Notes under the pieces: model-generated
Seen by the model: the letters and a program-made list of their open reading frames with translations, nothing else
Database searches by the model: none
Told to the model about the DNA's origin: nothing
Shown: piece after piece, positions 1-10,326 of the stretch
How the letters are laid out: every line of letters begins with the position of its first letter
How positions within the stretch are numbered: the stretch's first letter is position 1
Assembly: GCA_963828165.1 (NCBI GenBank)
Contig: CAWHDR010000001.1
Span: 1,728,001-1,792,000, forward strand
Source of the DNA: an uncultured Chloroflexia bacterium
GTDB lineage: Bacteria; Chloroflexota; Limnocylindria; Limnocylindrales; CSP1-4
Direction: 5' to 3'
Length of the DNA stretch: 64,000 bases
Translations under genes and position numbers: made by a program

Positions 1-129
1 TGGCCCGCGAGGATCCGGGGCGGCGAGCGGGGAGTCATGGGGGCGCCTCGCTCGCGCCAGACTCACGACGCTGCGTGGACCGGATCGTGATCGACCAAGA
101 CGCCGACCACGGAGGCCCTGCCCCAGCGG

Positions 130-1317
130 ATGCTACGGATCATCCATACCGCCGATGTCCATCTCGGTGCTCGCCACGACGACCTCGGCGAGCAGGCGAG
201 CTCGCAACGTGAACGGCAGTTTGCCGCCTTCACCGCAGCCATCGACCTCGCGCTTGAGGAGAAGGTCGATCTCTTCTTGATCGCGGGCGACCTGTTCGAC
301 AGCAACGTCCAACCGCGACGCTCCGTCGAGCGCGTCGCCGCGCAACTCAAACGACTGGCCGGATCCAAGATCCGCACGATCATCGTCCCGGGCACACACG
401 ACTGCTACGACCGCTCGTCGATCTACCGCGCCTACGACCTCAAGGCTCTCGCCGGCAGTCTCCCGGATGACGATCTGGTCACGGTCCTCACGCCGGACAA
501 GCCGAGCGTGCACCTGGCCGCCTGCGACGTAGTGGTCCACGGCCCGGTCTTCGCGACGAAGAAGGCGCCGCACAGCCCGCTGCGCGATCTCGCGGGCCAG
601 GCCGGCGACCCACCGGCGACGTGGCGCGTCGGCATGGTCCACGGTTCGATCGCGATCCCCGGCAAGACCGAGCGCGACGACGTCGTCATCACGACCGAGG
701 AGATCGCTGCGACCGGGCTTGACTACCTGGCGCTGGGTCATTGGCACTCATCCCAGCAGTCGAGGGCCGGCGGCGTCACGTACGCGTACGCCGGGGCACC
801 CGAGCCCGTCGCGCTGACCCAGGACCGCGCCGGAAAGGTGCTCCTCGTCGAGCTCGAGGCGATCGACGGTCGACGCTCGGTCACCGTCCAGGAACGGCGG
901 GTCGGTGCGACCCGCTTCGAGAAGCTCGAGCTCGACGCTGCCAACATCTCCGCCCAGCCTGCGCTGATCGAGCAGCTCGCCAAGAAGGGCGATCCGAACC
1001 TCGTCCTCGACGCCCGGTTGGTCGGTGTCCGCCCGGACGAGCTCGACCTGCACCTCGACGAGATCGAGGCGGCGCTGGCTGGGTCGTTCCTCAAGGTCCG
1101 CGTCCGCGATGTCAGCCTGCCGGCCTTGACGGAAGGTGCTTTGCCGCCACCGGACACGATCGCCGGGGCGTTCATCCGTGACCTCGAGGCCCGGATCGCC
1201 GAACTGGAGGCCGCCCCGGACGCCGGCAGTCAGGCGGGGGCGGGGGACGCCGCCGAGCTGCGTGACGCCTTGCGGCTGGGTCGGCTGCTGCTGGCCGGTC
1301 ATGAGGTGTCGCTGTGA
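130..1317 (+). CDS. sbcD: SbcD/Mre11-family DNA repair exonuclease (metallophosphoesterase)
   Basis: Motifs HTADVHLG, AGDLFD, PGTHD, ALGHWH; its stop overlaps the GTG start of a Rad50-like ATPase. Confidence 0.9.
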   Translation: MLRIIHTADVHLGARHDDLGEQASSQRERQFAAFTAAIDLALEEKVDLFLIAGDLFDSNVQPRRSVERVAAQLKRLAGSKIRTIIVPGTHDCYDRSSIYRAYDLKALAGSLPDDDLVTVLTPDKPSVHLAACDVVVHGPVFATKKAPHSPLRDLAGQAGDPPATWRVGMVHGSIAIPGKTERDDVVITTEEIAATGLDYLALGHWHSSQQSRAGGVTYAYAGAPEPVALTQDRAGKVLLVELEAIDGRRSVTVQERRVGATRFEKLELDAANISAQPALIEQLAKKGDPNLVLDARLVGVRPDELDLHLDEIEAALAGSFLKVRVRDVSLPALTEGALPPPDTIAGAFIRDLEARIAELEAAPDAGSQAGAGDAAELRDALRLGRLLLAGHEVSL

Positions 1318-3531
1318 GGATCCGGCGGCTCCAGATCCGCGACCTGCGCCGCTACCGGGAGCTCGACATCGACCTGGCCCCCGGCGTGACGGTCGTCCGC
1401 GGTCCCAACGAGGCCGGCAAGTCCACGATCCAGCGCGCGATCGAGCTGGCGATCACCCGGCGCGTCACGAGCTCCGCCGCCGACCTCGAATTCGCTGCGC
1501 CCATGGGACGCCGGACCCGATGCAAGGACGTGGATCGGCATCGAATTCGAGCAGGACGAGGAGGATGGCCGCAAGGCCGCGGGCACGCTGGAGAAGACGT
1601 TCGCGGGGCAGCGCGGCACGGTCGATCTTCGCTACGACGGCGGGGCGCCCATCACGGACCCAGCCCTGGCCGACCAGGTCATGGCCGAGCTGACCGGCAT
1701 CCCCACCGAGCCGTTCTTCCGATCGACAGCTTCCGTGCGCCATCATGAGCTGAGTGACCTCGCGCGCGACGAGACCGCGCTGCGCGACCGACTCCAGGCG
1801 AGCATCAGCGGCGCCGACCGCGGCACGGGCCTGGCGAAGAAGAAGCTCGAGCGCGCCCTGCATGGCCTGACGACGAAGGGCGACAAGAACCCGGGCCACC
1901 TCAAGATCGCCGAGGAGGCCGTGGCCTCGTCCGCGATGTCCGTCGAGCAGGGCGAGCTGGCCCTCGCCAAGCTGGAGCAGGATCGCGACTCGCTCTCGGG
2001 CGCCCGCGAGCGACGCGCCGATGCCGAGGGAGGTCTGGCCGAACGCCGGAGCATGCTCGAGAAGGCCCGCCAGGCCGAGCGACTCACCGCGGAACGGGTC
2101 GCCGCCCAGGAGCGGTACGACCGCTTCCGGGAGGCGGTCGAAGTCGCCACCGAGCTCGACTCGCTGGCCCAGACCCACCCATCGCCGAACCCGCTGCCGG
2201 TCATCCGCCAGAGCGTGGAGCGACTGCGGTCGCTCGATGCCAAGATCCGCGAGCTGACGGCCGCGCTCTCCGGCGAGGTCGCCGTCAAGTTCGACGTCGC
2301 GCCGGAGGCGACCTGGCGCCCCTTGTCGCGGTGGGGGATCCTGCTGGTCCTCGTCGGCCTCGTCGTGGCGGGTGGCTCGTTCCTGGCCGCCACACTGGGG
2401 ATCATCGACGTCGGGGAGGCGCCGCTGTACCTGGGGGCGGCGGCAGCCGGGATCGGGCTGATCCTCACCCTGGTCGCATTCTGGCTCCGGCGCGGGTCGC
2501 AGATGCAGGAGCAGCTCCGGGACGTCGAGATCGATCGACGGCTCCGCGGTCGCTCGGAGATGGAAGCGGAGCTCAAGCAGGCCCAGGCCGACACCGCGAA
2601 GCAGCTGGGCGCGTTGGGTCTCGATGACCTTCCTGCCGCAGAGGACATGCTGGCCAAAGAGGAAGCGCACGTTGCTCGGATGGACCAGCTGACGGCGCAG
2701 CTCGACGGGCTCGTCGGCAAGGAACCGCGCGAGACCCTCGGTGCGATGCGCGACGCGGCGGCGCACGAGGTCGACCAGAAGACGAGCGCGCTCGAGCACC
2801 TGGGACCGATCGCCAAGGAGCCGCGCGCGCGCGAGCGGTTGGAGGTGGAGGTCCGCGACCAGGAAGCCGCGCTCGAGCGCGCCCGTGATGACGAGGCGAA
2901 TGCCCGGGCGCGGGTAGAGGCCAATGCCGTCGACGCCGAGGAGGTCGCGGCCGAGTCGGAGCGGCTCGCCGGCTCGCGCGAGCAGCTGGACACGCTGCGA
3001 CGACGGCATCGCGTGCTGGAGCTGACCCTGCGCGCGATCGAGCACGCCGAAGTCGCCACGATGAAGACGGCGACGCGCTACCTCGAGGGTCACATGGTCC
3101 GCGATGTCGCCACGGTGACCGGCGGTCGCTACCGGCGCGTCCGGGTCGATGACAAGACGCTGGACATCGACGTGCACGCGCCCGAGCGCGGCGACTGGGT
3201 GCCGGTCAACAGCCTGAGCCAGGGCACGCTCGATCTCGTGTATCTCGTCGCACGACTCGGGCTCGTCAGGCTCGTGACCGGCGATCGCCGGCCGCCGCTC
3301 GTCTTCGATGACCCGTTCGTCACGCTCGACGACACCCGGGCGGCGCGGGCGCTGGATCTCCTGAAGCGGGTCGCGTCCGACTTCCAGATCATCTACCTGA
3401 CGACGTCGGACCGATACGACAGCGCCGCGGACGCCGTCGTCGAGCTGCCCGGCCCGACCGCGGTCGACGAGGGCGTCGAGGACCCCTCCCTCGCGAAGGA
3501 TGAGACGGTCGTAACGGGGGTCGGCACCTGA
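1314..3531 (+). CDS. SbcC/Rad50-like (YhaN-type) SMC ATPase with central transmembrane hairpin; +1 frameshift near 1491
   Basis: Walker A GPNEAGKST in ORF 1314-1748. Removing one T at ~1491 joins it in frame (DLESLRPWDAG...) to ORF 1681-3531, which has coiled coils, signature LSQG and Walker B/D-loop FDDPFVTLD. Confidence 0.85.
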
Positions 3532-4388
3532 TCGAAGCCCTGCCCGCGGGGACGGCCACCGTGGCGCTCGGGCTGGCCGCTGCGGCCGCCTGGGGCGCCG
3601 GCGACTTCGGTGGCGGGCTGACCAGCCGGCGCGCGCCCGTGTTCGGCGTCGTCCTGCTATCGCAGGCCGTCGGCATGGCCCTTGCGTTCGGCCTCGCCCT
3701 GCTTGGTGGAGAATCCATGCCCGGCGGGACCGACCTGTTGCTGTGCGTCGCGGCCGGCGCGCTCGGAGGCATCGGCATCACCGCCCTGTATCGCGGCCTG
3801 GCGATCGGCCGGATGGGCATCGTCGCGCCGGTCACGGGCGTCCTGGCCGCGGTCATCCCCGTCATCGGCGGCATCGTCCTGGAGGGGGTCCCGGCCGTGA
3901 TGGTCCTCGCCGGCATCGGCCTGGCGATCCTCTCGGTCGTGCTCGTCTCGCGCGTCGCGGACGAGGGCGGTGGGCGGGCCGGGCTGCGCGAGGCCCTCGT
4001 CGCCGGCGTCACGATCGGGAGCTTCGGGATCGTCATCTCGGGGCTCAGTGACGGCCACGTGTTCGGCTCGCTCACGGCCATCCGGCTCGTCCAGGCGTTC
4101 GTCGTGATCGCCATGGTCCTGGCGACGCGCTCCGCGTGGCGTCTGCCCATCGACGCGGTCCCCGCCGTCGTCGTCATCGGCGTGCTCGACATGGCCGGCA
4201 ACAGCTTCTATCTGCTCGCGGTCCAGACCGGAGCCCTGGCCGTCGCGTCCGTGCTGTCCGCGCTGTACCCGGTGACCACGGTCATCCTCGCGGCGGTCGT
4301 CCTGCACGAGCGCGTGACACGCGACCACACCGTGGGGATCGCCCTCGCCGCTGCCGCGATCGTCCTCATCGGCATCGGCTCTGCGTAG
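3528..4388 (+). CDS. EamA/DMT-family transporter
   Basis: About 10 hydrophobic segments, AWGAGDFGGG and ERV motifs; start is GTG 3561 or in-frame CTG 3528 overlapping the upstream stop. Confidence 0.85.
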   Translation: MIEALPAGTATVALGLAAAAAWGAGDFGGGLTSRRAPVFGVVLLSQAVGMALAFGLALLGGESMPGGTDLLLCVAAGALGGIGITALYRGLAIGRMGIVAPVTGVLAAVIPVIGGIVLEGVPAVMVLAGIGLAILSVVLVSRVADEGGGRAGLREALVAGVTIGSFGIVISGLSDGHVFGSLTAIRLVQAFVVIAMVLATRSAWRLPIDAVPAVVVIGVLDMAGNSFYLLAVQTGALAVASVLSALYPVTTVILAAVVLHERVTRDHTVGIALAAAAIVLIGIGSA

Positions 4389-4398
4389 ACTGCCCGCG

Positions 4399-4704
4399 AT
4401 GTCCGGTCCCCTCAGCAGCGGTGTCCTGGAGCACGTATGGCTGGTCGAGGCGACGTATGCGCCCGACGCCGCGGAGACGAGGGTCCCGTTCCGTCGCGAG
4501 CACCTCGCCGGCATCCGCGAGCGCCTGGCGTCCGGGATCTACATCGAGGCCGGGGCCTTCGCCGACGTGTCGGCCTCGGTCATCCTGGTGCGGGCGGAGA
4601 GTGCAGAGGCCGCACTGGAGCTGGTCCGCGACGACGTGTACCTCCGCAATGGCGTCTGGGTCGAGGTGCGAGCGCGAGCGTTCGGGCGGGTCACTCGGGC
4701 GTAG
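4399..4704 (+). CDS. YciI-family protein
   Basis: R..HL, AGA and D(D/P)Y...GVW pattern, 101 aa; TAGACT -10 box 7 nt upstream. Confidence 0.75.
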   Translation: MSGPLSSGVLEHVWLVEATYAPDAAETRVPFRREHLAGIRERLASGIYIEAGAFADVSASVILVRAESAEAALELVRDDVYLRNGVWVEVRARAFGRVTRA

Positions 4705-4717
4705 GGCGAGTGGCCGT

Positions 4718-4757
4718 GGCGGGTCCTGTCCCCGGACGCCGCCCGGCCTCCGGTCGC
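4718..4757. repeat. Dispersed ~40 bp intergenic repeat (copy 1)
   Basis: GGCGGGTCCTGTCCCCGG is the exact reverse complement of 27672-27689, with a further ~22 bp of similarity. Confidence 0.75.
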
Positions 4758-4914
4758 TCCGGCGCATGCGCCTAACGCTCCCTCCGCCGGACGTCCCGGT
4801 GCCACCCGCCTCGGAACGGTGTCCGCCGACCGGTGATCCGCCGCTTGCGCCCAACCGCCGACTTCGCGGGTGGTCCGTACCGCGGGCGCGCGCCCGTATC
4901 CATCCTGGGGTTGG

Positions 4915-5481
4915 CTATTCGTGCCTGTTCGAGACCGGGGCCGGCTCGCGGGGGTGGGCCGGCCCTTGGCGTTCGATCCGGAGGCTGGCGGCATCGGTGG
5001 GGGAGCGCAGCAGGACGACGTGGTCGAAGCCCTCCCGGGCCAGCTGGCCACGCTCGAGGGTGCGGCGGATGGCCGCGAGGTGACGGTCGACGACGGCGGG
5101 GTCGACGACACGCGCCGTTCGCGCGGCGTTCTGCGCGTGGATCATGGCGGGTGGCAGGTCCAGCACCAGGGCGACCACCGGAACGCCGGCCGTACGAGCT
5201 CGATCGATCAATGGGCGACGGTGCTCGGCCCTCGTATTCGTTGCATCGACGATGGTCATCTCGCCTCGGCCCATGCGTCGCGTGAGGGTCTTGTGCACGA
5301 TGCCGAAGGCGATCGCCGAGGCGCGCTGATCGGCCTCGTTCCCCGAGACGGCGGCGCGCAGCGCGTCCGACGAGAGGATCTCGTCCGGTGGGAAGAGCCT
5401 CGCAGCGAGCGTGGACTTCCCGGACCCGGCCGCGCCGATGAGGACGACGAGACTCGGGTCCGGCAGGGACAGCGTCGACAC
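4915..5481 (-). CDS. AAA_33 P-loop kinase (resembles the polynucleotide kinase domain of bacterial Pnkp)
   Basis: LIGAAGSGKST, LSSDALR, IVDATN motifs. Confidence 0.8.
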   Translation of the reverse strand: MSTLSLPDPSLVVLIGAAGSGKSTLAARLFPPDEILSSDALRAAVSGNEADQRASAIAFGIVHKTLTRRMGRGEMTIVDATNTRAEHRRPLIDRARTAGVPVVALVLDLPPAMIHAQNAARTARVVDPAVVDRHLAAIRRTLERGQLAREGFDHVVLLRSPTDAASLRIERQGPAHPREPAPVSNRHE

Positions 5482-5502
5482 GAGTCGGGCTCGCGACGCG
5501 AC

Positions 5503-6375
5503 CTACGCGACCGCGCTCCGGCGCACCTCGTAGCCCCCGCCTTCGGCGGAGCGGATCTCGTAGCTCGGCTGGTCGTAGACGCTCGGCCCCTGCCGGACGA
5601 GGCCGTCACGCAACCGGAAGCGCGAAGCATGCCAGGGGCACTGGACGCAACCGTCGACGATCGTGCCCTCGTTGAGCGGGCCGCCGGCGTGGGCACAGAC
5701 GGCGTGCAGCGCGTGGACGGTCTCGCCGAAGCGGACGACGACCAGGTCGTTGATGCCGGCCCGCATCTTCGTCGGCGTCGCCTCCGGCAGCGCGGCGAGG
5801 TCCGTCACGTCGCCCGTGTCCAGCTTGATCCATTTCGTGCCGGCGCCACGGAACGCGTGGCGGTTGACCATGTTGCCCAGGACGTACGCGACATCGCCCC
5901 CGACGAACGCTCCGGCGCTGACGATCAGGAACCCGACGATCGACAGCGCGATGGGCACGGTGCGATCAACGGGGGCGCCCGCGCGCAGGATCGCCGAGAT
6001 GACGAGCAACACCAGGGCGACGACCATGAGGGTCGAATGGGTCGTTGCCCGAGTGAGGGCCGTGCCCTCGGTGTCGGCGTAGTCGGCCAGTCCTGCGAGG
6101 GCGGCGAGGAGCATCGTGATGATCGTCGCGAGCAGGACGATGTCGGCTGCCGCGGGCTGACCGATCAGGTCGAGGACCACGGCACCTAGAAGCAGCCCGA
6201 TCGGGAGGTCCGTCGCTGCGGCATGGAGCGGATGGCCGAGCCAGCGACCGTTGAGCAGATCCTTGATGGGTCTGATCGGTCGGAAGATCGCGGAGACCCA
6301 GCGACGGTTGAATTCGCCGAACGGTCGCGCCCAGCCGTCGTTGATCGCCACGAGTCGAGCCAGCAATCGAGCCAC
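5503..6375 (-). CDS. DUF2231-like membrane domain fused to a Rieske [2Fe-2S] domain
   Basis: N-terminal GHPLH with 4 TM helices; C-terminal CAH...CPWH Rieske motifs. Confidence 0.85.
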   Translation of the reverse strand: MARLLARLVAINDGWARPFGEFNRRWVSAIFRPIRPIKDLLNGRWLGHPLHAAATDLPIGLLLGAVVLDLIGQPAAADIVLLATIITMLLAALAGLADYADTEGTALTRATTHSTLMVVALVLLVISAILRAGAPVDRTVPIALSIVGFLIVSAGAFVGGDVAYVLGNMVNRHAFRGAGTKWIKLDTGDVTDLAALPEATPTKMRAGINDLVVVRFGETVHALHAVCAHAGGPLNEGTIVDGCVQCPWHASRFRLRDGLVRQGPSVYDQPSYEIRSAEGGGYEVRRSAVA

Positions 6376-6438
6376 GAGAGCACCTCCCTACTGGAGACTG
6401 TACGCCGTGCGCGAGGGCGTGGATGCTGCGGAGGCCGC

Positions 6439-6513
6439 TTCTCCACAGGCCGTCCACACTGGTGGGAAACTCGGGGATAAGCACGAGGCGGTTTCGCGTG
6501 CTTTCGTGGATAA
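6439..6513. promoter_or_regulatory. Cluster of DnaA-box-like 9-mers
   Basis: TTCTCCACA (6439-47), CCGTCCACA (6450-58), revcomp TTATCCCCG (6472-80), revcomp TTATCCACG (6505-13) versus consensus TTATCCACA. Confidence 0.5.
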
Positions 6514-6518
6514 GGCCG

Positions 6519-6547
6519 TTGTGGCCCCAAACCATTACATCTACATT
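6519..6547 (+). promoter_or_regulatory. sigma70-type promoter for the putative 6S RNA
   Basis: TTGTGG-17 bp-TACATT ending 6 nt before the RNA closing stem. Confidence 0.65.
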
Positions 6548-6553
6548 TCGTCT

Positions 6554-6740
6554 TGCCCGAAGGGGCAGGTGCGAACCGCCAGAACCGCACCGGGGAGTGA
6601 TCCTCGGAGCGGGATCGGGAGCCAGGTTCACTGGTCGCAAGGCCAGCGGGCGAGGCTCACGGGCGGCACCCGGAGACTCCGGACTTGTTCGGAGCCGAAG
6701 GGAGGCCGATTGGCCGGTTTCCTACCAGTTCCTTCGGGCA
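6554..6740 (+). ncRNA. ssrS: Probable 6S RNA
   Basis: 187 nt; closing stem TGCCCGAAGGGGC/GTTCCTTCGGGCA extended by GAACCG-CCAG/TTGG-CCGGTTT; apical stem GAGCC..CTGGTC-GCAA-GGCCAG..GGCTC; GGGAGCC and GGCGGCACCC segments typical of 6S RNAs; promoter directly upstream. Confidence 0.7.
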
Positions 6741-6818
6741 TTTGCACGTCCGCGGCCCGGGCGCCGGCGACCCGCGGCTGGGCAGCACGCCTGATCCTGG
6801 TCGGGGTAGGCTCGCGCG

Positions 6819-8075
6819 GTGATCCCTGATCCGGCACCCATCCCCGCCCGACCACGCCCGACGCAGGACTGGCGGGTCCTCGTCGCCGTCTTCTGGGTCA
6901 CCTCGATGGTCGAGGGTGCCGGCGTCAGCCAGATCTTCGCCCTCGTTCCGTCCTACCTGCGCGAGATGGGCGTCCCGGAAGCCGACCGCCTCACCTTCGT
7001 CGGGCTCTTCAGCTCGCTGATCTTCGTGGTCGGGATGCCGCTCGTGCCGCTGTGGGGTGTGTGGGCCGACAAGTACAGCCGCAAGGCCGTCATCGTGCGG
7101 AGCGCGCTCGTCGAGGCGGTGGTGTTCGCCGGCGTGGCGCTGTCCAGGGAGCCGTGGCAGCTGGCCCTGAGCATGCTCCTCATCGGGTTCCAGCTCGGGA
7201 ACACCGGGGTCATGCTCGCCGGCATCCGCGACGTGACGCCGATCCGCCGGCTTGGCACGACGATCGCGATCTTCGGCGCGTCGGGCCCGATCGGGTTCGC
7301 GGTCGGCCCGGCCCTGGCCGGCGTCCTGATCGACGGCCTCGGATGGTCGTTGCCGGCCGTGTTCTGGTTGTCGGCCGCCATGTCCGTCGGGACGGCGCTC
7401 CTCGTCACGTTCGGCTCCCGTGAGGTCCGGCCGGACGTCATCCCGACCGGTCGCGTCCTGGACCTGGCCTTCGGCGCCGTCCGCGGCGTGCTCGCCGATC
7501 CGATCGTCGTGCGCATCTTCGTGATCTTCGGGGTGTCGTTCCTGGCCACCCAGATGACGAGGCCCTACATCCCGGTCCTCGTCGAGGGCCTCGCCGGCAC
7601 CGGTCCGGGCCTGGCCTCGGCGATCGCGCTGGTCATGGGTACCGCCGCGCTCGTCGGCGGGGTCATCTCGCCCCTCGGTGGGGTGCTTGGCGACCGTGTC
7701 GGGTTCCGTGCGGTGCTCGTCGGCGCCCTCGCGGCCGGCGGTACCGTGCTGATCGCGATGCCCTTCGTCTCGAGCGTCCCGGCCCTGGCCGGGCTGGCGG
7801 TCGTGTCCGGGGCGGCGACCGCCACGGTGAGCGCGATGGTCTTCGGCCTTCTCGCCATCGACGTTCCGCCGGAGCGACGGTCGGCGACCCTCAACCTCGT
7901 CTACCTGCCGCTGTACGCGGCGGGCATCGTGGGTCCGGCCGTGGGCGCGGGCGTCGTCATGGTGACCGGCCTGACCGGGCCGTTCCTCGTCGCCGCAGCG
8001 ATCTTCATCGCGGGCGCCGTCGTCATCGCGGTACGACCATCACGGGACCGCGTGCCGGTGGCCGATCAGGGCTGA
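6819..8075 (+). CDS. MFS transporter (DHA1/MdtG-like)
   Basis: 12 TM pattern, WGVWADKYSRK and LGDRVGFR motif A. Confidence 0.9.
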   Translation: MIPDPAPIPARPRPTQDWRVLVAVFWVTSMVEGAGVSQIFALVPSYLREMGVPEADRLTFVGLFSSLIFVVGMPLVPLWGVWADKYSRKAVIVRSALVEAVVFAGVALSREPWQLALSMLLIGFQLGNTGVMLAGIRDVTPIRRLGTTIAIFGASGPIGFAVGPALAGVLIDGLGWSLPAVFWLSAAMSVGTALLVTFGSREVRPDVIPTGRVLDLAFGAVRGVLADPIVVRIFVIFGVSFLATQMTRPYIPVLVEGLAGTGPGLASAIALVMGTAALVGGVISPLGGVLGDRVGFRAVLVGALAAGGTVLIAMPFVSSVPALAGLAVVSGAATATVSAMVFGLLAIDVPPERRSATLNLVYLPLYAAGIVGPAVGAGVVMVTGLTGPFLVAAAIFIAGAVVIAVRPSRDRVPVADQG

Positions 8076-8539
8076 CGGAACTCTCCGTACCCACCGCGCG
8101 CCACCTCCACCGTGGTGCCGTCGCGCAGGAGCAGATCGATCCGCATCGCGCCGCCCGTGGCGGTGCACGGATCGCCCTCACAGCTCACGATCACCCGCTC
8201 CGCGTCGCTGACCTCGATGCCGGCGATCATGCCCTCGACCGACCCGGCGCTCAGACACCGCTCCCGTGCCAGCCCACGACACTCGATCGGAGGCCCCGTG
8301 GCCACCGGGTCGGCCACGATCTCACCGAGCGGGCCGGCCGGCACTGGCGATCGGGGCTCCGGCCGCAACCCGAAGCCGATGCAGCCCGCCACCGCGCCCG
8401 CGGCGACGACCGCGAAGGTCGCCATCGCCAGGGGATGCGGGAAGCGCCGACGGTCGTCCCCCAGACGACGCGCCGGCGCTGTGGATGTGGTCACGACCGC
8501 ATCGTGGTCGCGAGCGGGGCCGACCGACAGCCCGACCAT
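8066..8539 (-). CDS. Hypothetical secreted or lipoprotein with paired cysteines
   Basis: Hydrophobic stretch ending VAGC, four further Cys, divergent from the sensor kinase; true start uncertain. Confidence 0.55.
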   Translation of the reverse strand: MVGLSVGPARDHDAVVTTSTAPARRLGDDRRRFPHPLAMATFAVVAAGAVAGCIGFGLRPEPRSPVPAGPLGEIVADPVATGPPIECRGLARERCLSAGSVEGMIAGIEVSDAERVIVSCEGDPCTATGGAMRIDLLLRDGTTVEVARGGYGEFRQP

Positions 8540-8604
8540 CCCCGGTCCGCGTTCCGGGAAATCCCGGACCCGTCCGCCGATGACCCTCTGCTACTGTCGG
8601 AGCC

Positions 8605-10326
8605 ATGGACCAGCGTCTCCGGGATCGGGCCTCGATCGTCATCGCCGGCATCGGCGTGATCCTTTCCCTGGTCGTGATCTTGTTCGCTCGGTTCGACCCA
8701 GGTGTCGTGCTGACCACCTCGGGTCCGCACGTCATCGTGGACGACGTCGCGCCCCGCAGCATCGCGGCCACATACGGCCTGCGCCCGGGCATGGTGGTCC
8801 TGGAGCTCCAGGGCGTGACGCTGGTCCAGATGCCGCAGTACGTGGAACCGCAGGTCGAATCGACGCCAGACCCGGTGACCGGGGAGTTCCCACCCTACGT
8901 GCCCCGCATCGAGCCGAGCGCTCCGGTCGTCGTCGATCTCGATCCGGTCCTCGTCGAGGAGTTGCTCAGCCTGCCGCCCACGCAGCTTATCGCGGTGGAG
9001 TCATGGGTGGTCGAGGAGGCCGGCGTGACCGGCGTCGACGAGTCGGGCATCTTCCCCGACGGATACCAGGTCGTCTACCTGTACGACGACGGCATCGACG
9101 GGATCCGGATGCGGCTGCCGACGCTGATCGCCGGGGCGCTCCTCCTGTTCGTCATCGGCTGGTGGCTGGCCAGCGGCCGGGGAGGTCCCGCCCTGCGGCC
9201 ACTGGCGGCTCCCGTTGCATCGGCGACGAGCATGCCGTTCATCGTGGAGCCCTTGTATGCGTCCTGGTCGCCGCCGATGATCGCCTTGGCCGGCCTCCTC
9301 ACGACCGCCGCGATGCTGCCCCTGGCGCTCGCGTTACTGGAACGCATCGATGACGCCGATATCCGTCGGGGGATCACGTTCGCGGTCGCGGGCGTGACCG
9401 GGACGGCTGCGCTCGTGAGCGTGGTCGCCATGTGGACGGCTCCCTGGCAGGGCGAGGATCTCCTGCGCTGGACCCTGATCGCGGCGATCCCGTTGCTCCC
9501 GGGGCTCGCGGCCGCCGGTCCGATCCAACGCACCGGCGCGACGCCGCTGGCCAGCGGCCGCCTGTTGGAGACCGCGGAATATGCAGCCGTCGGTGCCACG
9601 CCGGCCATCGCGCTCGCATCGGCCGGACCGGGCAACGGCATCCCGCTGCTCCTGTGGTTCCTCCTCGTGCTCTCGGCGGGCCGGTTCACCATCCGGCCTC
9701 TCGCCCGGCTCGCGACGCGCGCCACGCTCCAGCGGGACCTCGTCGTCGCCGCCACCGAAGCGGAGCGAGCCCGGGTCGCTGCGGACATCCATGACGATGC
9801 CCTCCAGGAGCTCACGCTCCTCGTGCATCGACTCGACGCGGCCGGTGACACCGAAGGAGCCGACATCGCGAGGACGGTGTCGGATCGCCTGCGCGCGATC
9901 TGCGGGGACCTGCGACTGCCGATCCTCGACGACCTCGGGGTCGGACCTGCCCTGGACTGGCTCGTCCTTCGCATCGAACGCCTGGCCGGTGGCGAGGTTC
10001 GTCTCGAGCGCTCGGACGGGACCCGGCCGCCCGCCGACGTCGAGCTCGCGTTCTTTCGGGTGGCCCAGGAGGCGCTGGCCAACGCGGTCAAGCACGGCAA
10101 GCCACCGATCCTGGTCCGCTACGCGACGACACCAGGGGGCGCCACCCTGTCGATCGACGACGCCGGTCCCGGTATCGAGCCCGACGCCGGCGAGGGCGCG
10201 GACCGTGCCGGCCACTTCGGTCTGCTGAACATGCAGCAGCGCGCCGAGGCCATCGGCGCGATCCTCGACGTCCGTCGTTGGCCGTCGGGCGGCACGCACG
10301 TGGCCCTGGACTGGCGGTCGCACTGA
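8605..10326 (+). CDS. Membrane sensor histidine kinase (HisKA_3) with PDZ-like extracytoplasmic region
   Basis: V..RSIAATYGLRPG PDZ-like motif, multiple TMs, ERARVAADIHDD H-box, QEALANAVKH, DDAGPG, GHFGL. Confidence 0.9.
   Translation: MDQRLRDRASIVIAGIGVILSLVVILFARFDPGVVLTTSGPHVIVDDVAPRSIAATYGLRPGMVVLELQGVTLVQMPQYVEPQVESTPDPVTGEFPPYVPRIEPSAPVVVDLDPVLVEELLSLPPTQLIAVESWVVEEAGVTGVDESGIFPDGYQVVYLYDDGIDGIRMRLPTLIAGALLLFVIGWWLASGRGGPALRPLAAPVASATSMPFIVEPLYASWSPPMIALAGLLTTAAMLPLALALLERIDDADIRRGITFAVAGVTGTAALVSVVAMWTAPWQGEDLLRWTLIAAIPLLPGLAAAGPIQRTGATPLASGRLLETAEYAAVGATPAIALASAGPGNGIPLLLWFLLVLSAGRFTIRPLARLATRATLQRDLVVAATEAERARVAADIHDDALQELTLLVHRLDAAGDTEGADIARTVSDRLRAICGDLRLPILDDLGVGPALDWLVLRIERLAGGEVRLERSDGTRPPADVELAFFRVAQEALANAVKHGKPPILVRYATTPGGATLSIDDAGPGIEPDAGEGADRAGHFGLLNMQQRAEAIGAILDVRRWPSGGTHVALDWRSH

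Noticed and set aside
1-38. Possible minus-strand gene start (MTPRSPPRILAG)
   Set aside because: Only 12 codons in the window; cannot be supported
6529-6548. NrdR box (CATTACATCTACAT)
   Set aside because: Only a partial match, no nrd gene adjacent, and the sequence is explained as promoter spacer and -10
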